DNA of 64,000 bases from Lama glama (lineage: Eukaryota), in NCBI GenBank assembly GCA_028534125.1, contig CM052817.1, forward strand, positions 3,412,001-3,476,000, given 5' to 3'. The position numbers and the translations under genes were made by a program. Positions 1-13,060 of this stretch are shown piece by piece. The notes under the pieces were generated by a model. That model did no database searches. It had not been told where the DNA came from and saw nothing but the letters and a program-made list of their open reading frames with translations. Position 1 is the stretch's first letter. Every line of letters starts with the position of its first letter.

Positions 1-769
1 AAGAGTCACCTCTTGCAAACTATCTAGGGGATACGATTTAGCCTGACATCAAGAACCAAGGGGTGGTCCTCAGTGGGGGAGACTTTTCAGGGGCTGCACC
101 CAGGCCGGGTCAGGACCCGGCCCTGAAGGTGAGTCTGACATCTCCCCCAGGAGGCCAGGTCCCCTACACGCCCCCCCCCACCTTGTGAACAGGGGACACG
201 TAATCCGGGGTGGGCGGTGACGGCTCACAGGCCCTTTGCAGACAGAGGGGTCCTTCAGTACTTTAGCTGCTCTCCAGTGCCCCGTAAATCTTCACGCAGC
301 CCAGAGCAGAGCATTTAGGGCCGTAGGACGCTCCGCTGTTCAGAGGCAAAGCGGCACACGCAGCTGACACACAGCCCCGGGCGGCGTGGGAAGGCGGGCG
401 GGCGGGGGCGTCTGTCACCAGCTTGCGCTCTGGAGCTGGGATTCGGGGGCAGGTTTGGGGCCCCGCCAAAGCCTTCATTATGCTTGGAGAGTGTTCTTTT
501 TAAATTGTCTCTTTTTGTTTTCCCACTCCCCCAAATTTATTTAAAAATAAGCTGCGTGAAGTCAATGCACGCTTTCACAGGCCCATAATAAGCAATTTCC
601 TAGCGAGTGTCAGAGCCAACACTGCCTCCCGAGCGCACATGCACCCGGGTCTGTCAGCGGTTTGCAGACGCTTGGCCTGAACAACCAAACCCCAAGGCCA
701 AAAGGGCGGCAGGGGTACACACTGCACCTGGCAACCACTGTGCTCTGTTGTGCCCTGAACCCTGTTACT

Positions 770-945
770 GTGTTAGTCACCTCCACAAAGACATTATTTT
801 TTCATTCTCCAACGACTCTGCAGCATAGGTAAAATCTTTCCTATTTTACAGAAGAGGAACTTGTGGCTCAGAGAGGTTAAGGAACTTGCCCAAGGACACA
901 CAGCTAGCAAGTCGCAGAAAAGAAACTCAAGCCCAGGCTATCAGA
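770..945 (-). mobile_element. MIR SINE fragment
   Basis: Reverse-complement MIR core 'ctattttacagaagaggaacttgtggctcagagaggttaaggaacttgcccaagg'. Confidence 0.85.
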
Positions 946-1454
946 GCCCAGTGGTCTGTGCCTCACAGCTGTGTTTACGAATTTGCTGGTTCTCCATTCC
1001 GGCCACTGAGTTCTGGACACCCAGAAAACTGTCACCACCCCTCTCACCTGAACAGTATTCACGGTGTAGTCAGGTCATTGCAAAGTACAATAGACTATCA
1101 CCTCCCTTGCCTTAGCCCCTATACTTCTATTAATGCAGCCTGAGGTAGAAGTGTCATGGTTACCCTCCAGGGAGCTGACACTCCGTGGAGATCTTGGGGC
1201 TCTTCTAACATCCGCTGCAGCTTGGAAAGGATTACCCCCTACTCTGGGGCAGCTGGATTGGGAACCTGGATGCACAAATTACATCCTCCCTGGAAGACTG
1301 CTTCTGTGACTTTAAGTCCCTGCAGCTGGGTCAAGCTCTGCCGTTAACCTGCTCATGGACTTGAGCCAAGGTCTCCCCTCATCTCCCAGTGGCCTGGGCC
1401 ACAGCTTCCCAAACTATGAAAAGGGATTGGCAGGCTCAACCCAGTGGCTCCCCA

Positions 1455-1610
1455 ACTGTGACTTCAATAAATGCTTCAGAGAATAAGTGAACAAACGAAT
1501 GAAGTAAGACTGAGGACCTGCCATGCTCCCGGCTCTGTGCTGGGGACACAGCAGTGGACCAGACAGCTCCCCGTCCCCGCAGAACAGACCATCTTGGGGG
1601 AGGTGAACAA
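1455..1610. mobile_element. L2 3'-end fragments, apparently two in opposite orientation
   Basis: 'ttcaataaatgc...gtgaacaaacgaatgaa' (L2 tail) followed by 'ctctgtgctggggacacagcagtgg' (antisense L2 3' region). Confidence 0.55.
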
Positions 1611-3818
1611 CCAGCCCAGACGAGGGAGCACACAGCCCACCGATGGTGACAAAGGCTGGAGCTGCCAGGGTGAGGGGCATGGACGACGTCTCAGAGACAA
1701 GGAAGCGGAGGAGGGAAGGGCAGGAAGATAAGAAGAGCAAGACTGAAGGGAGGCTGCCCGCCTTTCCCGCCCGTCCACAGCAGGACAGGAGATGCTGAGG
1801 ACAACGGAGCAGGGATGCTCAGACGGGCCTCACCCAAGCCAGACCCTCTGCGTTTGCCTCAGGCAGAGACTTGCGTGCCTGTGCTGATGGACGTCACGGT
1901 GACAAACGAGACCCAGGGACAGAGAGCCCACTTCCTGTACCTGTCGACGGCAAGCCACACTGACAGCCCCGGGCATGCTTTGTCTGATGGCGGGGGAGAG
2001 GCCAACCCTGGCAGCCGCATCCGTGTCCCTGCCAAGTAAGGCAGACGGGGAGGCTGTGAACGTATGTGACACCTGCTGAGAAGGTGACTGGTTTTCTCCT
2101 CCCCGGAGCACCGGCAAAGCCGTCCACGTCATTTATTATCAGTAACGGAGCCCTGGCTGCTGCAAGCGTGACAGCGAATAGCAGGTCTGTCAGGGCCCAG
2201 GTCCCAGGGCCACAACTGCCCACACACCTGGGGTCCCAATCCCCACCCTGGGGGCCTGGGGCTCCACCACGCCCATGCGCGGGGCCAGCGGGTGGGGACA
2301 ACAGCCCTCACTCCGCGTCAAACAAAGGGATCCCAGCTGTCCCTGTTTTACCTCTTAGGCTCCATTTGAGATCCTTTTTGAGGAAATGGTTCTGGATCTT
2401 AAAAACATTTGAAAGCCACTGACCACCACATCCAAAATGGAACTCCTGACCGCATCAGACGTCCCAAGCCCAGCCCTGTCCAGGCCCCCATCTCAGGCTG
2501 CAGTACCATCCATCCAGGTGCCCCAAACAAAAGCCTAGGGTCCTCCCCCTCCCCCCGCCCCATGCCCAAGTTACCACCAATTCCCATCCATTCTCATCTC
2601 CCCCACACCCTCCGCTTCCCTCCTGCTCTGTGGACGTCACTCCAGAGGGAGCCTCCATCCTCCTCTGGACCACTGCAGCTCTCTGCGGTCCTCAAGGGGA
2701 CACCTGGGCCTCCTCACCCCCCAACACACAGCAGCCAGGGCCATGTTTCCAGAATGCCAATATGACCAGGGTCCCATCCGTGGCCCCTCACTGCTTTCAT
2801 CACGGTTCAAAAACTCTGCCTGCCTTGGTTCCACGCAGCTCTCTCACCTCTGTGGTGGTGGCACGAATCGCAGCAGACGTCCCCGAGTTAGTGAATCACT
2901 CGTCAAAGCCCTTCGGCAACCTGCCAGGCAGGGCAAGCCCCAGCCCACTCCCCCGATGGGATTTCAGAGACGCAGAAGGACTATGAGGCGTGCAGCTCGG
3001 ACACGGCAGAGCTGGAATCTGAATGCAGGCGGGCTGGCTCCGGAGCAGGGTTCATCCACCCCTTCTGCCCGGGACCTTGAGTGCAGCAGGAGACAGAAGT
3101 GTCGTTCGTGAGAACGCTTGTGAACCCAGGCTCCGTCTCGTACCCACTGCGTGGCATGGGGTGAGGTTCCTGAGCCCGGTGACCTAAGGTTTCTCTTCTG
3201 TAAGATGGAGCTGACAACACTGGCCCTAATGGTCACTGCCTGGCCCAAGAAATCAAGGTCGGGCATGTAGCAGGTGCTCCAGCCAAGGTAAGTTCACCAC
3301 CCCTGACTTTCGTTCTGTTTTGTAGACGGAATTAAGCAAAATCCATTCTCAAAGGGCGAGAAAATGTTGCTGCAGCAATTCCTTCTTGGCCTGACCCTTT
3401 GCTAAATCCTTGTGCGTTGACCTGAGCAGGAGACAGAGACAGCCCGGAAATGGAGCACCTGCAGTGAGAGACACCACCAGAGGTCCTCCCCAGCCTGGCA
3501 GCAGCTGGCCGCCACCTGACAGCACACCATGTTGACAAGTTATGATCTCCAGGGACTCTGGATCCAGCCCATAGAAAAGTCCGTCCCATTGCTTTTATCA
3601 CACTGAGAGAAACAAGAACCAAATGTCCCCATGAAGACAGGTGAATTTCCCTGTCCAAAGAAACCCCAGAATATTCCCACGTGGAAAGAAAGACGCCCAC
3701 AATTAAACCCAGCTGATCTACGGTTAGCCAGGGTGTACGAGGCACCTACTGCTAACAAGGCGGGGCTCCACCCGGATTCCACTCCACAGCCTGTGCGTAA
3801 GGCTTCACAAGTTATGCA

Positions 3819-4190
3819 GGTGGTGGTGGTGGTGATTATGAAGATTTGGGGGGTGGGGGTGATTAAGACAGTGACAGTGATGACGATGAGGATGGTAATT
3901 ATGATGTGGTGATGGTGCTGGTGGTGATGACAGTCATAATGGTGATGGCGGTGGTGATGGTGCTGATGTAGATGCTGATGAGGATGGTAATGATAGTAGT
4001 GGCGGGGGTGATGATGATGGTGATGATGGTGGTGGTGACTGTGATAGTGATGGTGATGTTAATGGTGATGAGGCTGAGGATGGTGATATAGATGGTGAAG
4101 ATGGTGGTGATTAAGATGTGATGAGGATGGTGGTGATGATTGTGGTGATGTTGATAACGATGGTGATTGTGATGGTGGGGATGATGGTGA
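3819..4190. repeat. Degenerate (GGT/GAT)n trinucleotide microsatellite
   Basis: About 370 bp of ggt/gat/tga triplets, seen directly. Confidence 0.95.
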
Positions 4191-4194
4191 CCAC

Positions 4195-4400
4195 TAACAA
4201 TTACTGAGCCTTCTGCACTGTACGAAGTGCTGTAAATGCTTTGTCCCGTTTACCTCTCACAACAACCCTGTGAAGGAGCAGATACTATCATTATTCTCAT
4301 TTCACGCCCCAAAGGACTAGGTGTATTTCTCAAGGTCACATCTCTGTTCATGGGCAGAGTCAACATTTGTTCAGATCCATCTGAGCCCAGAGCCTACCTG
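4195..4400 (-). mobile_element. MIR SINE fragment
   Basis: 'ttactgagcc...ctctcacaacaaccctgtgaagg...attattctcatttcac...aaggtcaca'. Confidence 0.75.
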
Positions 4401-5529
4401 AGTATGACCATGGGGTCTGCCAGTTGAAGAGGCAGGCTGGCGAGCTGGGCCAGGGGGACAAGGATATTTCCCAGGAGTCATGAGAGATCCCAGTGTGTTA
4501 GGAGAACTTCAGGAAGGTCCCTGAGCTGGGGGTTAGTGTGGGGGCTTCCGGGGCAGACGGTGTGGCTAGAGTCGGCCAGGCCAGGGGCTCAGACGTCGTG
4601 GCTGGGCAGGGGGTGTCAGCAGAGGAGGGCAGCAGTCGGCACTGCCCACACCCTGCCATGGCGACGTGGGCCCCCATGGCCAGCCTCCACCTGGAGCCGC
4701 AGCTCCTCGGGGCACGGCCCTCAGCCCCCCACAGAGACAAGCTTGCCCAGAAGCCCAGGAGCCGGTCCAGTGACTGGAGCACATAGAACCAGCTCAGTGA
4801 GTACTACTAACACATCCATCATGAAAAGTCAAGTGAAGCAAAAACAACACACCAGTGGTGGCGCTCCCAGGGCCTGGGGCCAGGTCCCTGATCTTCCACT
4901 TGGCAGGTAAAATGATCTACCTGAAAGAGGAGTGAGGTGAAGTGGGATCCGGCGTAGGGGCCCATTCCTTAGCAAGCCATGTGCTCATCCGCTAGCATTG
5001 CCAGGACTCCTTCCCACACCTGGCTGAGCAGGGTGTTCCGAGGGCACCACTATCAGGCCGGCAGGTTCTGGTATCTAGGATACGAGTTTGCTCACCTCAA
5101 GCTCCATCTTGCCCTCCGGTTCTCTCAGAGCCCCCTGCCTTTGCGTGGGCTGTTCCCTCTGCCCTTCCACGTCCTGTCCCCCGGGCCAAGATCGCCCAGT
5201 GGGTCCCAGGGTGAGGACCGAGACCCAGGCTTCCCGACTCCAAGTCTGGTGCCCTTTGAGCCCCACCCCCCTCCACCTCTCAGACAGGTGACGATGGGCA
5301 GCTCGTGTCATAGACCAGGTCAGCACCGAGGGAAGATGTGTGTGCCCCTCCGGTAGGGCCAAGCCCCGCTGGCCATGCTCCACACCTGCCCCTCGGGGCT
5401 GCCTCTGGGGAGTGCGGGGCTCCTGGAGGGCCCTGGAGCCCGTGTCAGCCTCAGCATTAAAGCCAGGGCTCCAGGCATTAGCATTCAACCTGCAGCATCC
5501 TGTCCCTTCTCTCCCTCCTGAGCCACGGT

Positions 5530-6090
5530 GTGAAGGTCAGGTTAATAAAAGCCTTACAGCTGCCAGCAGCAGGGCCCCCCGCCCCCCACAGGGGGATATC
5601 TCTTGTTTAAGAGTCAGGCAGTAGGTTCTCTGTGTTTTTCTTTCTAAAATAATGTTACTCATAATCCCTGACTCCCCCGGATTATAATAACAGAGGTGGG
5701 GGCTGATGCTGTGATGACGTGGTCCAGCCTGCACGAGACAGCTGAGCGTGAGGCAGCAGTGGTCCCCGCGCTCTCCCTGCCAGGCCGTGCTCCCGAGGAG
5801 GAGCTGCTAATTTGAGCGCCAGCTGTAGGCGTTCACGTTCAAGCGAGTGCACTAACACCAAATCAGATCCCACCGTCTTACCTCTCTGCTCCCTGCGAGG
5901 GGTGACGTTAATGGGGGAAGCAGCCACCGGAGACACAGGCTCACTTCCAAAGTCATTGTGTTGACAGTATCTCCACAAGGGAGCTCGTAAGAGATCATCA
6001 GTTTTAAATCTGCTTGGCACCTACGTGGTACAATTAGGCATAATGACGTTACCCCCAAATCATGTATTTTATTCACTGAAATGACAACGC
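5530..6090. promoter_or_regulatory. Candidate conserved non-coding enhancer
   Basis: Repeat-free, lower-GC island with TGACGT at 5715, 5903 and 6044, plus TAAT/ATTA and TGACAG motifs; conservation is inferred, not tested. Confidence 0.5.
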
Positions 6091-6569
6091 TGCTGATGGG
6101 CATAGGGGGGCCGATGGGGAAGGGGTGGGGCCACCTCGAACAGTTTGATGAAAACGCAAAGGAGAAGGAAAGGGAGAGGTTTCAAAAATGCTGTGTGGCT
6201 GCGAGGAAGCTGAGAGGATGGAGGATGGCACGGAGCCCTGGGCTGGGACACGGACAGGGGACAGAGCAACAGAAACCAGGGACCCAAGGTGCGCTCTCTT
6301 CTCCAAACCAGAGGATGTGTAACAGCCCCAAGAGTGGAAAGATGCAGAAGAAGGGACCAGGACAAGGACGGGGGAGCCAGCGCAGCTCCATCAGCCCGGC
6401 ACCCGGGTCTTCCAGCTGGAAGAGGAAGCCATGACTGCCGAGACCCCTCAGCTCCAGGAATCGGGACTCTCCTGACAGGCTGAGAGAACACAGAGGAGCC
6501 ACCAGGAGCCCACATCAGGAAGAGGGAGATGGGGGGGAGCGCTCCCTCCCCCAGACACTCTCCCACAGG

Positions 6570-6650
6570 ACTCACTGAACCTCACCACCCACCCTCTGTA
6601 GTAGGTGCCGCTGTACCCATTTCACAGATGGGGACCCTGAGCCTCAGGCT
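6570..6650 (-). mobile_element. MIR fragment
   Basis: 'cccatttcacagatggggaccctgagcctcag'. Confidence 0.6.
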
Positions 6651-7624
6651 CGCAGTCCAAAGTCAGACGAATGGCCGCTGATCTGGGACTCCCATTGGGT
6701 CTGGTTGACTCTGGGCTGAATCACCTGCTCCCAGTGAGACTAGGGGGCTGCCAGAGGCCCAGAGAGAGGTAAATATCGCCCTTTTTTCAAAAAGAGAGGA
6801 AATGTCTGAATCCAGAAAGAATAACCTAGTGAGCTTAGCGTCAATCCCAGCAGTGATGGAATCAAGGTAAAACAAGATAGTTTCGGGCTCTCACAAAGAG
6901 AGAGACCATTGGTAGACACCAGCATGGACTCACCAGGAACATACCGTGCCCTCGGGAGTGAGCTGGGGGGCCACGGGCTGAGAGGTCAGCACCTGCAGAC
7001 TCCCAGGTGCCACGGGCCCCGGGATCACGCCCACAAGACCTGCACGTGGCCCGAGCTGTGGCCACTTAGGGACAGCTCTGCCACCACAGCTCCACCATCT
7101 CTATCTCATGGACTTTTACCCAACACAAATGTCCCAGAAAGTCCCTTAAACCACGTGCTGCCTTCCTGCAAGGGAAGAAGCAGAAAGATGCACAGCAGTT
7201 TAACAGGACAGAGCTCTGGAGTCACTGTGGATTCCTGTCCACGTGGCCCACGGGACCCTGTATCTACCACTTGGGAGTCAGAGGCAGGACCCAAAATCAA
7301 CACAGCATCTGCGACTCAGGATGGGGGGGGCTCTGAAGCCAGACCTGCTCAGACCACCCTCAGGGCCCTCAGAGCAGGGCTTACCCTCTGCAGGTGTCCA
7401 GGGAAGGGTGCCAGGACAGTGAGGGGAAGCCCGAAGGGGGCCAGGGAGGGGCAACCAAGGGCAGCACACATCAGTGCTGTCCTGGAAAAGCAGACATGAT
7501 GGCTCCGCAGGACCCCATGGGCCCTGGTCCAGAACTAGGGGGAGAGCTGCCCGGGAGGGGAGAGGCCACACAGGACCACCCAGCCAAAAGGGCAGGGGCT
7601 GATGTCACAGGGCTGGATCCCTTC

Positions 7625-7960
7625 TCTGCCACTGTCCTGCTGTGACACGTGGGCCATGTCACCTCGCCTCTCTGAGCCTCGAATTCCTCATCCGTAAAAT
7701 GGAAATAAAGCAATACTATAATAATTCTACGAAGACTGCATTAAGGCAGAAACCACGCTGTGGATTCTGTCGGGCAAATGGTGGGCAGATCAATGGTATT
7801 TAACATTGATCGGTGGCAGGAATATTAAATAGCTCATCGTCCACCTCATGGGGCACACGTTAAAACAATAAAATACTGTGAGGATTAATTAAAATAATGC
7901 CCATGATCGTTTTAGCACACGGGCTGCTACAGGGCATGCTCTCAAACCGATAGCTACTAT
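7625..7960 (+). mobile_element. MIR fragment(s)
   Basis: 'ctctctgagcctcgaattcctcatccgtaaaatgg' core and 'ctgtgaggattaattaaaataatgc' 3' part. Confidence 0.75.
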
Positions 7961-8149
7961 TACTACTGCTCTGCGCAATTACCGTCGCCGGCTCCTTTCC
8001 CAGGGGTCGCTATAACAGCAGACCTTCTTTGCCCCAGGTTGCCCTCCTCGCTGTCCCTCCGTCACCTCCTGCAGCAGGAGTCACTCGGGGGCTTGGCCGT
8101 CTTGACCTCAGAGGAGCTGCCCCTCGGCTGAGGCTGGCCCCTTGGCGGC

Positions 8150-8600
8150 CCGTCTGTATTCTGCAGCTTGAAGTGCTGTATACTCTCAATCCTGTTGACC
8201 TGATTCTAATCCCAGCTACATTAATGTCAGCAGCCGTCGAATGGAACACATTCAGTGGTGAAATAAGCTCATTCTTAAAGAGTGACACTCGAGCAGCTGC
8301 CGGCAAAGGTCAGAGCCGGAACACATCTTCTGCCGCCGTCCCAATCTCCAGCGCGGGCCTTTAGAAACTCGAGGGGTCCTTTCAAAGCGCAAGCATGGAT
8401 GAGTAACTCAGCCAGGATATTTTTAGATCCTGCCACGGCCCCTGCTTACACAAAACCAATTAAACAAACAGCAGCCTCCCTGAGCACATCTCCTGAGTGG
8501 TTGCTCCTAAAAATAAATTACCCGGCGTTTCAGAGCCTGCCGTCCGTGAGTGCTGGAAACTGTGAGGTAAAACGTCTTGGTGGAGAAGCGTCAATGTCTG
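8150..8600. promoter_or_regulatory. Candidate conserved non-coding element
   Basis: Repeat-free AT-richer island with ATTAAT, CAATTAAACAAACA (homeodomain/FOX-like), AAAGGTCA half-site and palindrome TGAGTAACTCA. Confidence 0.4.
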
Positions 8601-9099
8601 CGTCTGCAAACGGGGACCCTTTGGTGGGGTGTCTGGAGTCTGAGCTTGACCCCGATCCTCCGGCCCCACCTGGGACTGGACATAATATTACCAGGACGGC
8701 CCGTCCAGGGCCGAATACACGTACGACTCCTCGCTCCCCATCATCAGCCCGGTGCTCCCACCACAGCCCCATGAGCGGGGACTGTGAACTACATGGAGGC
8801 AGCACAGAGCCTCTGGAAGGTTCTATGACTCACTTAAGGTCACCCGCCTGTGACGTGGGGCAGCTGGGGTTCAAATCAAGATCTGTCCGACCAGACCCTC
8901 TGCCTGCAACCAGTGCTGCCCAGGTCACACGGTGACGGACAGAGGACAGGAAAACCCCACAGGCGAGGTTGCCGGGACACATGGCCAGTGATAGCTAGCT
9001 CTGAGATGGTCCCCAAAGTGGCTGGACCCTCCAGTTTTTCAGAGAATCTTAACATCCAGACCCTGAAGCAGCAGCTCCCACTTTTTAGAGGCTAGTAAC

Positions 9100-9493
9100 T
9101 ATTATGAATTGAATCGTGCCCCCTAACCCCCCAGAAATGTTCACATGTTGATGTTCTAACTCCCAGCACCTCAGCACGTGACCGTATTTGGAAATAAGAT
9201 TATTGCGGATGTAATTAGATCAGATGAGGTCGTACCAGTAGGGCGGCCCGAATCCAATCTGACTGATGTCCTCAGAAAAACGTACGTGGCGTGAAGACAG
9301 GGAGACAAGCACAGAGGAAGGGTCCTGAGGAGACAGAGACAGAAGACAGCGTCTCCGGCCAGGAACAGAGGGAACCATCCCTGCCAACACCTTGGTCTTG
9401 GACCTCCAGCCTCAGAACCGAGACAGAATAAGTTTCGCTGTTTAAGCTCTTGGTCTGGGGGTCTTTGTCCCGGCAGCCCTGGCAAACTGATGA
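9100..9493 (+). mobile_element. MaLR solo LTR (MLT1B/C-like)
   Basis: 'tattatgaattgaatcgtgcccc...gtgaccgtatttggaaataag...gtaattag...ccagcctcagaaccgagacagaataagtttcgctgtttaagc...gcagccctggcaaactga'. Confidence 0.9.
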
Positions 9494-10039
9494 AGTCTCT
9501 CGTTCTCAAATGTCTGAAGCACCGTGGGTGACAGGCTGCAGACCGTGGTATGGACTTGGCCCACAGGCTACGGCGGGCAGCCTCTGTCCTGTGCTGACTT
9601 GTGTCGGGTCCTGGCATAGTGAGCGAGGTCACCTTCACTGCATGATTAGGACTTTCAGAGAGCTGGCCTCACCAGTCCCAGACCGCTGCTGCTTAAACCT
9701 GCAGTCTCGAGTCCAAGGCCCTCCCGAGCTCCCGGGGGCACCCACACTGCCACTTGCGGCCCCGGAGTGGGAAGGACCACTTAACCTCTCTGAGTCCCAG
9801 AGGCGTTCTCCTCCTTTACGACCAGGGCAGACACCTACAGCCTTGTAGGATTGTGACCACCGTCCCAAGACAGAGAGGCATCTCTGTTACTTTATTCCGT
9901 GAACTTTCTACATTTTCTAGCTGTTCTGCAGTGAGTGCACTGCTTCTGTACCCAGGAAACAAGCACCCAGCCCAGCGTCCGGCTGGCCGTGGGCACCTGG
10001 GAAACGCGCTGCGCGATGCAGACGCTGTGATGCAGGAGG

Positions 10040-10390
10040 AAGGAACAACGGTTATGAATGTTCTGTCACCAAATCACACGGCATCAACATGCACTCAGCA
10101 GAAACACAACGGGTGCAGGAGAAAGAGGAGCAAGGAGATGGTAGGATTCATGTGGGGCCTTTAACTCCCTGCTCTCAGTTCCGGGCCGATGGAGAAAAGA
10201 AATAATGAAGACGAACCCCAAAGACCTCAATGATATAATTGAAAACACAGTGTTAATGACCAACTGAGAGAAAACAAGCCGTCTTTTCTATTGCCCATCA
10301 GACAGTCACAAAAATTGACCTCATACTGGGCCATGAAAAAAACCTCATTACAGCCCAAAACTTCCTTTTAGAAAAATTCATGTCACAGTT
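10040..10390 (+). mobile_element. Highly decayed L1 ORF2 endonuclease-region fragment
   Basis: 'cacaaaaattgacctcatactgggccatgaaaaaaacctca' resembles the L1 SKIDHILGHK-coding motif; AT-rich. Confidence 0.65.
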
Positions 10391-10589
10391 TTCAAGCTCA
10401 CCCCTCCACTCAGCGGACAGTCAGACTGAGATCTCCATCCGTAGCTTAAAAAAATCTAGGTGCCTCTTAGAGGGCATGGATCAGTGTGCGCTGGTTTAAA
10501 GTCTTAATACATAAAAGCAAATAGTTCAAAATTAAATTGAAAGTCAACCTCATAAAGAGGAAAGGACGCAGCCTCAGGAGCTTACGAGG

Positions 10590-10910
10590 GGCAGACCTGG
10601 CAAATCCACGCATCTCCGTGCCTCCGTCTCCTCTCCTGTGAAAAGGGAGTAATTAAAACCATAAAAACGGAAGGGCCAGCCCTCAAGACTGTGGCCTCTC
10701 TGGGTCTCAATCTCCTCTGCCGTGAAATGGGAATAGTGAGAAGATAATCATAATGACACTATCACGAGGCTCTCAGAATTGTGACCTGGGAAAGGTAACC
10801 TCTCTGAGCCTCTGTGTCATCTGTAAAATGGGGTTCATGGATATACTAACATTGCAAGGATCAGAGAGAAAGTAAACCAGGTGCCTGGAACGCAGCAGAC
10901 GCTCCAGAAA
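10590..10910 (+). mobile_element. Three successive MIR core fragments
   Basis: Three variants of 'cctctctg(a/g)gcctc...tcctc..ctgt(a/g)aaatggg' at about 10610, 10695 and 10795. Confidence 0.65.
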
Positions 10911-11369
10911 CGTCCACCAGTGACCCCTGTTCTTAACCAGGCCACACCAAGGGGACTTCTCACCCACGCTGTCACCACACACTCCCGGTGGATCTGCAAT
11001 TGTGCTGATGTTAAGAAAACTTGTCTCCAGGACCCCTCCTGAGAGAACAGGTTCCACATCTGCGGGACCGGGCACAGCGTTTCCTTCCGACCTGCTCAGG
11101 AAGCCCAGGCCTGCTCGCTCCCCTCCTTGGGAGCAGGAGACACACAGATGTCTTGGGGAGGCATCTAGTGTGGAAGCAGTCGGAATCCCAAGGGGCCCAA
11201 CCTGACGTTGTCCCTAACCAGACGAACCGCATTCCTCCCTCAGTCACATCCCAGCCGATGCTGGCAGAGGGCAGGTACGCAGACGCCCCATCCCTACCCC
11301 CAGAGGTAGAGGCGGCCAGGGGCTCTCCCCAGCCCCCGCCCCCGCCCGGCCTGGAGCCAAGGAACTGAA

Positions 11370-11620
11370 CGCAGGCATCATGCCAAAATTAAACTTCTCC
11401 TTCCAAACCAAGAAAGGATTTTTATTACTTTGTTTGCCCCCCAACAGAGCTCGTATTATCTCACATATCTTCTTAAAAACCCTCGCCTCTGGAAGGTTGT
11501 CACCTTGAAAGAACAAAATTATCACTCAATTAGAAGTCCTGACGGTTAGCAATTACTAACACTTCAAGTGTGGAATTAGCACCTCCTTCAATCCAGTTCA
11601 TTAGCTAATTGTCCCATCCC
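11370..11620. promoter_or_regulatory. Candidate conserved non-coding element
   Basis: AT-rich, repeat-free, with many AATTA/TAAT cores and palindrome ATTAGCTAAT at 11600-11609. Confidence 0.45.
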
Positions 11621-12311
11621 CCAGAGCCTGGCCGGCGCCAGGCCACGCTGACAACCAGCCCAGGGACCTCACCGCCCATCGGCCTCACCATCGGCAGACA
11701 TTTTAGACAAACTTTCAGGACATAGGAGTCTGTTATCTGCTCTCTCCCCTCCTTCAACCGTCCAAATTGTTGCACCTGGAATTAGGAGCCAAGAGTCATG
11801 CCTATATGGTCAAGTTTTACAGCTTTTAATTAGATTTTTAAAGAAAGAGCAAAGACAGAGCCCTGAAGGCAGATTTTCCCTGGAATCCTCTCAAGTCCCA
11901 GGGGCGGGTGGTCAGAGACACAAGGCTGGAGATGTCCAAGAAGGGAACAGAAGTGCGCCCAAGGTCACGTGCAGAGCAGCCAGCGCTCCCGCCAGGCCCT
12001 GGAGCAAAGGGAGGGACGCAAGGTCCTGCCGTCCCCCAGATCCCTCATCTCTACAACAGGGCTCAGAACACCCTCTTCTCAGTTCGTTGGAAAGATTAGA
12101 TGAGATAATGGATATAAAATATCTGGCTCGTGTTGGGGCAAAGCAGGTGGCTGGCCAGTGGCTGAACCTGGGACCAGCCAGAGGATAGGACTGGAGGCGC
12201 CTTCAGAAATCGCGGGATCATTCACTGTTGTATTGGCTCATTCAGCGAACATTCACTAGGGACCATCCCTCCCCTCAAGAAGTCTACACTGCAGCGTGCA
12301 CAGACGGGGTC

Positions 12312-12674
12312 TGCTGTGGACTGAATGTTTTCATCCCCTGAAAATGTATCCGCTGAAGCCCTAACCCCCAGTGTGATGTACCGGGTGCGGGGCCTTTGGG
12401 TGACTAGGTTTAGATGAGGTGACAAAGGTGGGACCCTCACACTGGGGTCAGTGTCCTGCGAGGAAGAAGAAGACAGAGACAGCCCTCTCCATGCAATGAG
12501 GAAAGGCTCGCAGACACAAGCAGGACGGCAGCTGGTACCACGCCAGGAAGAGGGTCCTCCCCTAGACCCAAGTCTGCCGACACACGGTCCCAGCCTTCCA
12601 GCCTCCAGAACCAGGAGAAATAAGTACCTGCTGCTGCAGCCACTCTGTTACAGCAGACTGAGCAGACTGAGACA
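12312..12674 (+). mobile_element. MaLR solo LTR (MLT1A-like)
   Basis: TG...CA termini ('tgctgtggactgaatg' ... 'gactgagaca'), internal 'ccagcctccagaaccaggagaaataa', and putative 5-bp TSD gggtc/ggggc. Confidence 0.9.
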
Positions 12675-12699
12675 GGGGCCAAAGCAAGCCAAGCAAACG

Positions 12700-13060
12700 A
12701 GCAGTATAGATACCATGTCAGATGATGACGAGCTTCAGTGAGAGGCCACAGGGAAGGAGAGGGCCCTGCAGAGTGCGTGGCCCCGAGGGTGAGGGGACAG
12801 CCCTACCCTGGGGTGTCTGATGAGAAACTCTCTGAACAAGTGATCGTAGAGACTTGCAGGAAGGAGGCAGCCATGTGAACACAGTTCCAAGCAGAGGAAG
12901 TCAGTGCAAAGGCCCTGGGGCAGCAACAAGCTTGGGCAGCCCAGTGGACAGAAGGAAAGCCAGGATGTCTGGGGCCACGAGACCCAGGGGAGGGTAGAAG
13001 AAAGGAGGTCAGAAGTGTGTGGGGCTTGGAGGGACCCCAGGGAAGGAAGCATCACCTTCC
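12700..13060 (-). mobile_element. L2 fragment
   Basis: 'gttccaagcagaggaagtcagtgcaaaggccctgggg' is an antisense L2 hallmark. Confidence 0.7.

Noticed and set aside
3284..3325. Strong splice donor AAG|GTAAGT followed by a CTGAC/pyrimidine/TAG acceptor
   Set aside because: The implied intron of about 35 nt is too short for mammals, and there is no supporting exon frame.
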